Notes under the pieces: model-generated
The model's input: only the letters and a program-made list of their open reading frames with translations
Told to the model about the DNA's origin: nothing
Database searches by the model: none
NCBI GenBank assembly: GCA_963700145.1
Contig: OY969474.1
Span: forward strand, 5,376,001 to 5,440,000
Origin: an uncultured Acidobacteriota bacterium
GTDB lineage: Bacteria; Acidobacteriota; Thermoanaerobaculia; Multivoradales; UBA5704
DNA length: 64,000 nucleotides
Direction: 5' to 3'
Position numbers and translations under genes: made by a program
In this document: positions 25,246 through 34,245 of the stretch, piece after piece
Layout of the letters: each line of letters starts with the position of its first letter
How positions within the stretch are numbered: position 1 is the stretch's first letter

Positions 25246-25890
25246 ATGCCGAGGCAGATGCCCCGCCTCGAGGCGGAGTTTCATCGCCATGCGGCAGAAG
25301 CTATGAAGCTTGCCGAAATTGGTGAGCTCTCACGAGCTGAGGCAATCGCTGGCTCCCAGACGCGCAAGAATTTCCATCACAGTCGCGTGGAGTTACTGTA
25401 TGAGCTAGCATTTTTGCGGGTTTTCGTGGCGTGGGAAGCGTTTCTTGAGCAGACCTTCATCCGATATCTCTGCGGCTATAGATCAAGGAGAGGCGTGGCT
25501 GTCCTTTTGGCTGGAGCATCGTTCTCGCCGACGCTTGCACACGCCACAGCCGTTGTTCTGGCGGGAAGAGACTACGTATTGTGGCATGACCCGTTAAAGG
25601 TGATTGGAAGATCGCAGCGGTCGTTCACTGCCTGTCCTATCGAAACGGTCCTTCTCTCAAACACTGCCCGTCTTCAGGCATGTGCCGCTGTACGCCACCG
25701 CATCGCACACTCACAGAGCGACGCTCGGCGGAAGTTCGACAACGCGACCATGGCCATAGCAGGGAAGCGCTACAGAGGTGCCCGAGCGGGCGCGTTTCTT
25801 CGCGACTGGGACATAGGGGTGACGCCTCATGCCCGATGGCTTGAGCAATTGGGGCGTGAGTTGCAGAGTCTTGCATCTCAGATAGCATGA
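25246..25890 (+). CDS. HEPN-like protein (putative RNase)
   Basis: F...WEAFLE helix and RHRIAH (Rx4H) motif; 3 bp downstream of the DUF262 gene. Confidence 0.7.
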   Translation: MPRQMPRLEAEFHRHAAEAMKLAEIGELSRAEAIAGSQTRKNFHHSRVELLYELAFLRVFVAWEAFLEQTFIRYLCGYRSRRGVAVLLAGASFSPTLAHATAVVLAGRDYVLWHDPLKVIGRSQRSFTACPIETVLLSNTARLQACAAVRHRIAHSQSDARRKFDNATMAIAGKRYRGARAGAFLRDWDIGVTPHARWLEQLGRELQSLASQIA

Positions 25891-25901
25891 ACAAGTTAAG
25901 C

Positions 25902-25947
25902 AAAAAGGCATAACCCGCCCGCCATAGCGAAGGCGGACGGGTTAGCC
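25902..25947 (-). terminator. Intrinsic terminator hairpin between convergent genes
   Basis: TAACCCGCCCGCC / GGCGGACGGGTTA stem with an A-run (U tract on the minus strand). Confidence 0.6.
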
Positions 25948-25989
25948 GGTCGGGGTGATGCAGTCGTCAGTCTCTCGTCGTCGTCGGCC

Positions 25990-26706
25990 TTACTGGATGA
26001 TCAGGGTGTAGTTGACACCCGTCTCCGACTGGTCGGGGTTGATCATCCGGAAGCTGAGGGTGTGCTCGCCCTGGCTCAGCGGCTTCAGGAGCAGGAAGTA
26101 GCCGTCCGCCACCGCCGGGGAGCGGTCGCCCGGGTCGAGCCCGAGATCGGTCAGGAAGGACGGATCCGGGACTTCCAGGGTGTAGCCCTCGGGCTGGCTC
26201 TGGGCCCGGTAGGCGAGGAGGTCTCCGATGGGCTCGCCGTCGAGGGTGGCCTCGAAGGAGACGCCCGGCGCCACGGGCACGTCGTTGTTGACGTCGCAGC
26301 GCACCTGCTCCGCGATCGTCGCCATCTGCGAGCAGGGGTCGCCCGCCGAGGGGAACTCCGGCGCGAAGCTGACGAAGACGCCGCCCAGCGAGAGGAAGAT
26401 CGCCTTGCCGGCCGGGATCTCGCACGTCCGGTCGGCGACGCCGCCGAAGGTGCTGGCCAGGAACCACACGCTGCCGTGCTGGTTCAGGTCGCAGAACCTG
26501 CCGTCGGGATCGAGCGCCGGGTTGGTCGCGAACGGCTCGGCGACCAGCCAGTTGGTCCATTCGCTGGCCAGCTCGTTGTACGACTTGCCGGCGAACTTCT
26601 GACCCGGCTCGACGACCTTGTTGCTGGCAGCGGCCGAAGCCGCCGCCGCCACCAGGAGCACCATCACCACCACTGCACTCTGCCGAAGCTTGCTGTTCAG
26701 TTTCAT
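25990..26706 (-). CDS. Secreted hypothetical protein
   Basis: Signal peptide; SY.EL..EW..W, VWFLA, ADGYFLLLKPL..GEHTL pattern; SD AGGAG. Confidence 0.8.
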   Translation of the reverse strand: MKLNSKLRQSAVVVMVLLVAAAASAAASNKVVEPGQKFAGKSYNELASEWTNWLVAEPFATNPALDPDGRFCDLNQHGSVWFLASTFGGVADRTCEIPAGKAIFLSLGGVFVSFAPEFPSAGDPCSQMATIAEQVRCDVNNDVPVAPGVSFEATLDGEPIGDLLAYRAQSQPEGYTLEVPDPSFLTDLGLDPGDRSPAVADGYFLLLKPLSQGEHTLSFRMINPDQSETGVNYTLIIQ

Positions 26707-26763
26707 GTCCTTCTCCTTTTGAGTTTTATGTGTGAAGCGTTTTTGGTTGACGAAACGTCGTGT

Positions 26764-27987
26764 TTACTGCGTGCCGCCGCGCACCGCCCGCACGCGGGAA
26801 GTGCCGGACTTGAACGTCGTGGCCACACTGCCGTAGTTGTCCACGTACCAGGCCGCGAACGTGGCGCTGGCCCGCGTCGTCGACGTCCAGTAGGTGGACT
26901 GGAAGGTGCAGCTGCCGGTCAACACGGTGGCGCCGGGAACGCAGTTGTTCTGGAACGCCGGCGATACCGCCCACTGGTTCTGGAAGTCCGCGACGCTCAG
27001 GAGCTCCCGCGCGTTGGGCACGCGCCAGTCGCTATAGCCCCCGAAGCCTTCCTGGTTGACGTCCTCCAGCCAGTCCCAAACCGTCTCCTCGTAGCCGTTG
27101 CCGGACCACCAGTAGATGTTGTCCTTGTCGTGCCGGCCGCCGTTGTCGCCCTTCTTCTCCCAGACCAGGCCGGTGTTGTCGTCGGTGATCGTGCCGTTGC
27201 CGTTGTCGGTGAAGCTCAGGGGCGCACCCGCCCGCAGCGTGCCGTCGTCCGGTACGGCGACCGCGCCGGGGATGCCGTCGTTCTTGTTCGCGGTGTAGGC
27301 CGTGAGCTGGCCGGTGGCCGGGAAGCCCGAATCGCCGCCCCGCACCGCCCGCACGCGCAGGCCGGCGGTCTTGTCGTACGGGTAGAGGACGCCCTCGTAG
27401 AAGCTCACGCCCCACGCCATGCCGGTGCTGCGGGCCCAGGTCGTCGACGACGTGTAGCTGGTCACGGCGGTGCAGCTCCCGGTCAGCACGGTGGCGCCCG
27501 CCACGCAGTTGCTGTTGAACGCCGACGCCGTCATCGGCGCGCCGTTCTGGAAGTTGACGAGGGTCTGGAGCTCCTTGGCGTTCGGCACGCGCCAGTCGTC
27601 GTAGCTCGCGAAGCCGGTGCCGCCTTCCGCGTTGACGTCGTCCAGCCAGTCCCAGATGGTTTCCTGGGTGCCGGTGCCGGACCAGGCGTAGTAGTTGTCC
27701 TTGTCGTGCAGCCCGCCGTTGTCGCCCTTCTTCTCCCACATCAGGCCGGTGGTGTCGTCGGTGATCGTGCCGTCGCCGTTGTCGGTGTAGCTCAGGCTCG
27801 CGCCCGCCTGGAGCGTGCCGTCGTCCGGCACCGCGACCGCGGCCGGGATGTTGTCGTTCTTGTTCGCGGTGTACGCCGTGGTCTGCCCGGTGGCCGGGAG
27901 ATCCATCGCCCCGGCGGAGGCCGCGCAGCCCAGGGCCAGGGCCGCCAGGACGAGCAGTGATAGGAACTGATGCCGCCTACGATCCAT
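26764..27987 (-). CDS. Secreted tandem DUF1566 (Lcl C-terminal) protein
   Basis: Two repeats of PATGQ...DNG.GTITD..TGL.WEK...DWRVPN..EL...VRAVRGG. Confidence 0.88.
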   Translation of the reverse strand: MDRRRHQFLSLLVLAALALGCAASAGAMDLPATGQTTAYTANKNDNIPAAVAVPDDGTLQAGASLSYTDNGDGTITDDTTGLMWEKKGDNGGLHDKDNYYAWSGTGTQETIWDWLDDVNAEGGTGFASYDDWRVPNAKELQTLVNFQNGAPMTASAFNSNCVAGATVLTGSCTAVTSYTSSTTWARSTGMAWGVSFYEGVLYPYDKTAGLRVRAVRGGDSGFPATGQLTAYTANKNDGIPGAVAVPDDGTLRAGAPLSFTDNGNGTITDDNTGLVWEKKGDNGGRHDKDNIYWWSGNGYEETVWDWLEDVNQEGFGGYSDWRVPNARELLSVADFQNQWAVSPAFQNNCVPGATVLTGSCTFQSTYWTSTTRASATFAAWYVDNYGSVATTFKSGTSRVRAVRGGTQ

Positions 27988-28081
27988 CTTCGTTCTCCTC
28001 TCGAATGCGCGCCCGAACAGGGCGGCGTTTCCGGGGAAATCGAAATCCGCGGCGGAAAGGCGACAGGCGGGTGGAAACGAT

Positions 28082-30568
28082 TTACCGCAGCGAGCGGTAC
28101 GGAGCGGCCTTCTCGGGCCGGCCCCAGGCCTCGTAGAGCGCGACGAGGCGGGCGAGATTGTCGCGGGCCTCGCGGGTCTCGAGGCCCTCGGGGTCGGGCG
28201 TCACCTGGAGGAGCGCGTGGGCACCGAGCAGGTGGGGCTCGGCGTCGGCGAAGCGGGAGAGGCGCGTGTAGGCGTCCCCGAGGAGGCTCCGGGTCGCACC
28301 GAGCCGCCAGTCGCCGGCGGGCAGGCTCTCCTGCTGGACGCCGAGCGCGTGGCGGAGCAGCGGCACCGCCTCGGCGGGGCGGCCCTGGTCCAGGTAGATG
28401 CGCGCCAGGCCCACCTCCTGGCGGGCGACCAAGGGGTGGTCGGGGCCCAGGGCCGGCCGGGAGATCCCGAGGGCCTCTTCGTTCATCGCCGCCGCCTCGG
28501 CGAGCTTGCCGCGCAGCCGCAGGACGTTGGCGAGGTTGGCGAGGCGCTGCGCGTTGTTGGGATGGTCCCGTCCCAGGCTGGCCTGGCTGATGCCGAGCGC
28601 CTCGCGGAACATCCCTTCGGCGGCGGCGTGGTCGCCGCGCTCGTTGACGGTCAGGGCCAGGTTGGCGAGCGCCGTGGCGGTGTCGGGGTGCCGCGGTCCG
28701 CTCGACTTGCGCGTCACCGCCAGGGTCTCGCGGAGCATGGTCTCGGCGCCGGCCCGGTCCCCCTTCTGTCGCAGGAGCAGACCCAGGTCGCTCATGCTGG
28801 TCGCCGTGTCGTGGTCGGCCGGTCCGAGCACCTTGCGGCGGATCGCCAGGGCGGCGCGGCAGTGCGCCTCGGCCTCGTCCAGGCGCCCCAGGTCGAGGAG
28901 CGCCCGCCCCAGCTCGCTGTGCGTCACGGCGACGTCCGCGTGCTCCTCGCCGAGGACCTGCCGCCGCATCGCCAGCGCCTCCGTGAGCGTGATGCGGGCG
29001 GCGTCGAGCTCCGCCTTCTGCAGGCGGGCGACGCCGAGGTCGTTCAGGCTCTGCGCCAGCTCGGGGCTCGGCCCGAGGGTGCGGCGCCCGAGGGCGACGG
29101 CCTGGTCGAGCAGCGGCACGGCCAGCTCATAGGCGCCGCGCCGCTCGTAGATCCGGCCCAGGAGGGTGAGCATCTCGCGCTGCAGCTCGGGCTGGGCGGC
29201 GAGGTCCTGCCGCGCCCGCTCCGCGCCGGCGTCGAGCAGGCTCCGCACTGTGGGCTCGCCCTGACCGGCCACGTACGGGTCGGCGTGGCCCAGCAGGTCG
29301 GTGAGGAAGCCGCTCACCTGGGTCGCCTTCTCCGCCTCCTGGCGCACCCGGTCCCGCTCGTTGGCGAGCCGGGTGCCGTAGAACGCCACGACCGCGGCCA
29401 GGGCAAGGGCCACCGCGGCGGCCGCCGCCAGGCTGCGCGCGTGGCGGCGCACGAACTTCCGGGCCCGGTAGGGCACGGAATCGGGACGGGCGAGGATCGG
29501 CTCCTCCTCGAGGTTGCGGCGCAGGTCCTCGGCCAGGGCGGTGACCGACGCGTAGCGCTCCTCGGGGCGCTTCTTCAAGGCCTTGGCGACGATGGTGTCG
29601 AGGTCGCCCCGGAGCTCGCGCCGCAGGCGCGGGTCGGGGGCCGCGTCCGACATCCGGTCGGGCGCGGTCTCGACGACCGCCCGCAGCAGGTCGACCGGCG
29701 AGGCCCCGGGCTTGCCGAACGGATGGCGGCCGGCGAGGAGGAGGTAGAGCAGGGCGCCCAGGGCGTAGACGTCGGTGGCCGTGGTCACGCTCTCGCCGGT
29801 GATCTGCTCGGGCGCGGCGAACGACGGGGTGAAGGCGCGTCCCGCCTCCAGCGTCAACTGGGTCGCCGAAACGTCTTCCCCCTCGAGGAGCTTGGCGATG
29901 CCGAAGTCGAGGAGCTTCACCCGTCCGTCCTTCGACACCATGACGTTCGACGGCTTCAGGTCGCGGTGAACGACGAGGTTCGAGTGCGCGTGCGCCACGG
30001 CGGCGAGGACGTCGAGGAAGAGCCGCAGGCGGGACTCGACGTCGAGGCCGCGGCCGTCGCACCAGCGGTCGATCGGCTCGCCCTCGACGTACTCGAGCAC
30101 CAGGTACGGCTGGCCGGCCTCGGAGACGCCGGCGTCGAAGAGCTGGGCGATGTGGGGGTGCTTCAAGCGCGCCAGGATCGTGGCCTCGCGGCGGAAGCGG
30201 GCGGCCCCCGCCGGGCCCAGGAGCGCGGCCGAGAGGAGCTTGATCGCGGCCGTGCCCTTGAAGCGGCCGTCGCTGCGCCGCGCCAGCCAGACGCTGCCCA
30301 TGCCCCCGGCGCCGAGCGGCTCCAGCAGCTCGTAGGCGCCGAAGACCTGGCCGATGAGGCGCGATTCGGCGAGCAGGTCCTGCGCGTCGTGCTCCAGGTA
30401 CTGCTCGTCGCGCAGGGCCCGCTCCTCGCCGAGGAGCTGCTCGAGGTCCGCGGCGAGCGCGGGGTCTTCTCGCGCGAGGTGGGTGAGGTACCGCTGCCGC
30501 TCCTCGACGGTGAGCTCGAGCGCCTCGTCGAGGTGGGGGCTGACGAGCCGCCAGCGCTCGCTCTTCAC
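28082..30568 (-). CDS. Ser/Thr protein kinase with TM helix and TPR repeats
   Basis: GAGGMGSV, AIK, HRDLKPSN, DFG, APE; TPR array; GTG overlaps the sigma gene stop. Confidence 0.93.
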   Translation of the reverse strand: MKSERWRLVSPHLDEALELTVEERQRYLTHLAREDPALAADLEQLLGEERALRDEQYLEHDAQDLLAESRLIGQVFGAYELLEPLGAGGMGSVWLARRSDGRFKGTAAIKLLSAALLGPAGAARFRREATILARLKHPHIAQLFDAGVSEAGQPYLVLEYVEGEPIDRWCDGRGLDVESRLRLFLDVLAAVAHAHSNLVVHRDLKPSNVMVSKDGRVKLLDFGIAKLLEGEDVSATQLTLEAGRAFTPSFAAPEQITGESVTTATDVYALGALLYLLLAGRHPFGKPGASPVDLLRAVVETAPDRMSDAAPDPRLRRELRGDLDTIVAKALKKRPEERYASVTALAEDLRRNLEEEPILARPDSVPYRARKFVRRHARSLAAAAAVALALAAVVAFYGTRLANERDRVRQEAEKATQVSGFLTDLLGHADPYVAGQGEPTVRSLLDAGAERARQDLAAQPELQREMLTLLGRIYERRGAYELAVPLLDQAVALGRRTLGPSPELAQSLNDLGVARLQKAELDAARITLTEALAMRRQVLGEEHADVAVTHSELGRALLDLGRLDEAEAHCRAALAIRRKVLGPADHDTATSMSDLGLLLRQKGDRAGAETMLRETLAVTRKSSGPRHPDTATALANLALTVNERGDHAAAEGMFREALGISQASLGRDHPNNAQRLANLANVLRLRGKLAEAAAMNEEALGISRPALGPDHPLVARQEVGLARIYLDQGRPAEAVPLLRHALGVQQESLPAGDWRLGATRSLLGDAYTRLSRFADAEPHLLGAHALLQVTPDPEGLETREARDNLARLVALYEAWGRPEKAAPYRSLR

Positions 30569-31137
30569 CCGAGCAGCTCCGTGCGCAGGGCGTGGCGCAG
30601 GTAGATCCGCGCCTTGTCCCACTGCCGCTGCACCGTGCGCTCGCTCACCCCGCGGAGCTCCCCGATCTCGGTGAAGGTGAAGCCGCAGAAGAACTTGAGG
30701 TCGACGACGTGCGCGATCTCCGGCTCCACGGCGGCGAGCTCGTCGAGCGCTTGGCCGAGCCGCTCGATCTCTTCGGCGTCGTCCGGCGGGGCGCCGCCCA
30801 CGTCCTTGCCGTCGATCGAGGTCAGCTCGAAGGCGCCGCCGCGCTTGCTGGCCTGCCGGCGGCGGAGGCCGTCGATGATCAGGCCGCGCATGACCCGTGC
30901 CGCATAGGTGAAGAAGCGGGCGCGGTCGGGGAAGGCCACGCCTTCTCGTTTCGCCATGTCGAGATAGGCCTCGTGGAGGAGGCTGGTCACGCCGAGCGCG
31001 GCGCCCGGGCCCGCGCGCGCCAGCTCGCGGCGCGCCAGCCCGCGCAGCTCGCGGTAGAGCGCCGCGAAGAGCGCTTCGGAGGCCTGGCCGTCGCCGCCGT
31101 CGGCGGAGCGAATCAGCGTCGAGAGGGGAGGTTCCAC
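30565..31137 (-). CDS. ECF sigma factor, kinase-associated type
   Basis: LY.ELR.LAR, TSLLHEAYL, KRGG, FF.GFT..EI, SERTV.R.W..AR. Confidence 0.9.
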   Translation of the reverse strand: MEPPLSTLIRSADGGDGQASEALFAALYRELRGLARRELARAGPGAALGVTSLLHEAYLDMAKREGVAFPDRARFFTYAARVMRGLIIDGLRRRQASKRGGAFELTSIDGKDVGGAPPDDAEEIERLGQALDELAAVEPEIAHVVDLKFFCGFTFTEIGELRGVSERTVQRQWDKARIYLRHALRTELLG

Positions 31138-31233
31138 ACGGCCCTTCCGTACTTCCGAGTCCGATGTCTTGCGAGAAGGCTACGCTCACTCGGCGCCCGG
31201 CGCAATTTCAGCCGCTGCTAGGATCGCGCGCCT

Positions 31234-33720
31234 ATGCGCCCGACGATCCGGACCTGCTTCTCGCTCGCCCTCGCAGCCTGTCTCGCCGCCGTCGTCGTCA
31301 GGGCGCAGGAACCGCCCGCTCCCGCTCCTGCTGCCCCTCCCCCAGCCGACGAGATCACGCTCGAAAAGATCATGGCCGACCCGGAGTGGATCGGGAACGC
31401 GCCGCTCATGCCCTACTGGGCCGATGACGGCAGCGCCGTGTACTTCGAGCGCGAGCGGCAGGGGGAGGACACGCTCGACCTCTTCCGCCTCGACCTCTCA
31501 ACCGGCGAGGCGCGGCGGGTGGAGGACGCCGAGCGCGGGCGCGCCGACGCGCGCGGCGGCGACTGGTCGGAGGACCGGACGAAGAAGGCCTTCGCCCGCG
31601 AGGGGGACGCCTTCTGGAAGGACGTGGCGACCGGCGTCGAGCGCCAGCTCACGCGCACCGCCGAGAGGGAGGTCGCGGTGCAATTCCTCGCCGGCGACCG
31701 GCGCGTCGCCTACCGGCGCGGCAACCACTGGTTCGCCCGCGACCTCGAGGGCGGGCCCGAGGTCCAGCTCGCCGACCTCCAGCTCGCCAAGGACCCGGCG
31801 ACCCTGGACGAGGAGGAGGGCTTCCTGGAGACCCAGCAGGAGCGGCTCTTCGAGGTCGTCCGCCAGCGCGAGAAGGAGCAGGAGACCGCGCGCCGCGTCG
31901 AGCGCGAGCGCCAGCAGGCCGACCCCACCCGCCCGCCGCTGCCGTTCTACCTCGGCAAGGACGTGGAGATCACCGACAGCGCGCTCTCGCCGACCGGCGA
32001 GTGGCTGGTCGTCGCGCTGCTGCCCGCGGAGATGGACGAGGGGAAGGCAGACAAGATGCCGGTCTTCGTCACCGAGCACGGCTACGTGGACGTCGAGGAC
32101 CTGCGCCCGAACGTCGGCACCGGCAAGCCGGTCTCGCCGACCCTCCTCCTCCTCGACCTCGGCAAGAACGAGAAGCACGAGCTGGACCTCGGCATCCTGC
32201 CCGGGATCGAGGACGACCCGCTCAAGGACCTGCGGAAGAAGGCGGAGGCGGAGGCGAAGGCGAAAGACGGGAAAGACGGGAAAGACGGGAAGGACGAGAA
32301 GAAGGGTGGCAAGGAGAAGGAGGACGCCAAGCCCGCGCCGCGCCCGGCCGAGCTCCACCGCATCGTCTGGAGCGAGGACGGCGGGCGCGTCGTCGTCCAG
32401 CTCTACTCCTACGACAACAAGGACCGCTGGATCGCGGTGGTGGACCTCGAGAAGAAGCGCCTCGTCCCGGTCCACCGCATCAGCGACCCTGCCTGGGTCA
32501 ACGACTGGGACCACGACGAGCTTGGCTGGCTGCGCGACGGCCGCACCCTCTGGTTCCTCTCCGAGGAGAGCGGCTACTCGCACATCCACCTGCGCCCGGT
32601 GCCGGCGGGGCGGGCGCGGCAGCTGACGCGCGGCGAGTTCGAGGTCTCGGACGTCGTCCTGTCGCGCGACGGCACCAGCTTCTTCGCCCTCGCCAACCGC
32701 GAGCACCCGGGGGTCTACGAGGTGTACCGCGTGCCGATCGACGAGGGCGCGGTCGAGCGGCTCACCGCGCTCGACGGTTCGACCGAGTACGTGCTGTCGC
32801 CGGACGAGCGGCAGCTCCTCCTCTGGCACTCGACGACGACGCACCCGCCGGAGCTCTCCGTGCAGCCGGCGGCGCCGGGGGCGCCGGCGCGGCGCCTGAC
32901 CGACACGACGAGCGACGCCTTCGAGGCGATCCGCTGGACGGCGCCGGAGGTGGTTGCGGTGCCGTCGAGCCACACCAAGCAGCCGATCTGGTCGCGGGTC
33001 TACACCCCGGCCGACTGGAGCGCTGACCGGAAGTGGCCGGCGGTGGTCTTCGTCCACGGCGCCGGGTACCTGCAGAACGCGCACAAGGGGTGGTCGAGCT
33101 ACTTCCGCGAGTTCATGTTCCACAGCCTGCTCACCCGGCGGGGGTACGTGGTGCTCGACATGGACTACCGCGCCTCGGCCGGCTACGGCCGCGACTGGCG
33201 GACGGCGATCTACCGCCAGATGGGGTACCCGGAGCTGGAGGACCTGGAAGACGGGGTCAAGTGGATCGCCGCGAACAAGGCCGTGGACCCGGCGCGAGTG
33301 GGCGTCTACGGCGGCTCTTACGGCGGCTTCCTCACCTTCATGGCGCTCTTCCGCAAGCCCGACCTCTTCGCCGCCGGCGCGGCGCTCCGCCCGGTCACCG
33401 ACTGGGCGCACTACAACCACGGCTACACCTCGAACATCCTCAACGTCCCCGAGGTGGACCCCGAGGCCTACCGCAAGTCCTCGCCGATCGAGTACGCCGA
33501 GGGCCTGCGCAAGCCGCTCCTCATCTGCCACGGCATGGTGGACGACAACGTCGTCTTCCAGGACTCCGTCCGCCTGGTCCAGCGCCTCATCGAGCTCGGC
33601 AAGACCGAGCACTTCGAGACCGCCATCTACCCCGTCGAGCCCCACGGCTTCCTGGAACCCTCCTCCTGGCTCGACGAGTACCGGCGGGTGTACGAGCTGA
33701 TGGAGGAGAACCTGAGGTAG
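31234..33720 (+). CDS. S9 family (DPP IV-like) peptidase
   Basis: Signal peptide, beta-propeller, GGSYGG, DDNV, EPHGF. Confidence 0.92.
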   Translation: MRPTIRTCFSLALAACLAAVVVRAQEPPAPAPAAPPPADEITLEKIMADPEWIGNAPLMPYWADDGSAVYFERERQGEDTLDLFRLDLSTGEARRVEDAERGRADARGGDWSEDRTKKAFAREGDAFWKDVATGVERQLTRTAEREVAVQFLAGDRRVAYRRGNHWFARDLEGGPEVQLADLQLAKDPATLDEEEGFLETQQERLFEVVRQREKEQETARRVERERQQADPTRPPLPFYLGKDVEITDSALSPTGEWLVVALLPAEMDEGKADKMPVFVTEHGYVDVEDLRPNVGTGKPVSPTLLLLDLGKNEKHELDLGILPGIEDDPLKDLRKKAEAEAKAKDGKDGKDGKDEKKGGKEKEDAKPAPRPAELHRIVWSEDGGRVVVQLYSYDNKDRWIAVVDLEKKRLVPVHRISDPAWVNDWDHDELGWLRDGRTLWFLSEESGYSHIHLRPVPAGRARQLTRGEFEVSDVVLSRDGTSFFALANREHPGVYEVYRVPIDEGAVERLTALDGSTEYVLSPDERQLLLWHSTTTHPPELSVQPAAPGAPARRLTDTTSDAFEAIRWTAPEVVAVPSSHTKQPIWSRVYTPADWSADRKWPAVVFVHGAGYLQNAHKGWSSYFREFMFHSLLTRRGYVVLDMDYRASAGYGRDWRTAIYRQMGYPELEDLEDGVKWIAANKAVDPARVGVYGGSYGGFLTFMALFRKPDLFAAGAALRPVTDWAHYNHGYTSNILNVPEVDPEAYRKSSPIEYAEGLRKPLLICHGMVDDNVVFQDSVRLVQRLIELGKTEHFETAIYPVEPHGFLEPSSWLDEYRRVYELMEENLR

Positions 33721-33722
33721 AG

Positions 33723-34115
33723 ATGGACCGCCGCTCCGTTTCGTCCGGCAGCCCGTTCGAGCCGCTCCTTGGGCTTTCGCGGGCGGTGCGGGTTGGGAAC
33801 GTCATCGCAGTGAGCGGCACGGCGCCGCTGGGGCCGGACGGGAAGACGGTGTGCGCCGGCGACGCCGCGGGGCAGGCGCGGCGGTGCTTCGAGATCGCGG
33901 CGGCGGCGCTGGAGCAGCTCGGCGCGAGCCTGGCCGACGTCGTGCGCACCCGGATCCTGCTGACTCGCATCGAGGACTGGCGGGCGGTGGGGGAGGTGCA
34001 CGGTGAGGTGTTCCGCGACATCCGTCCCGCCAACACCGTGATGCAGGTCATCCGCTTCATCGACCCCGAGTGGCTGGTGGAGGTCGAGGTGGACGCGGTC
34101 GTGAGGGAAGGCTGA
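33723..34115 (+). CDS. RidA family protein
   Basis: SRAVRVG...VSGTA, VVRTR, RPANT, LVEVEVDA. Confidence 0.88.
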   Translation: MDRRSVSSGSPFEPLLGLSRAVRVGNVIAVSGTAPLGPDGKTVCAGDAAGQARRCFEIAAAALEQLGASLADVVRTRILLTRIEDWRAVGEVHGEVFRDIRPANTVMQVIRFIDPEWLVEVEVDAVVREG

Positions 34116-34189
34116 CCCCCGGGCCTCCGCCGCGGCTCTGCAACCCGCAGCTCAATCAGTGCCTGCTCAGGCAGGCGACCCTACGGGTA

Positions 34190-34219
34190 GCTGAGCCCAT
34201 CACCGGGCTCAGCAACTTT
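34190..34219 (+). terminator. Hairpin, putative terminator
   Basis: GCTGAGCCC-ATCACC-GGGCTCAGC followed by AACTTT. Confidence 0.45.
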
Positions 34220-34245
34220 CTGCCCGCCGCCGCCGTAATGGGCTC

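Noticed and set aside
25908-25947. GCATAAC...GTTAGCC hairpin after the HEPN gene as an attC site
   Set aside because: Only 40 bp, with no unpaired central spacer or L-box bulge; better explained as a terminator
32263-32296. AAAGACGGG x3 microrepeat in the S9 peptidase
   Set aside because: In-frame KDG low-complexity loop; ordinary
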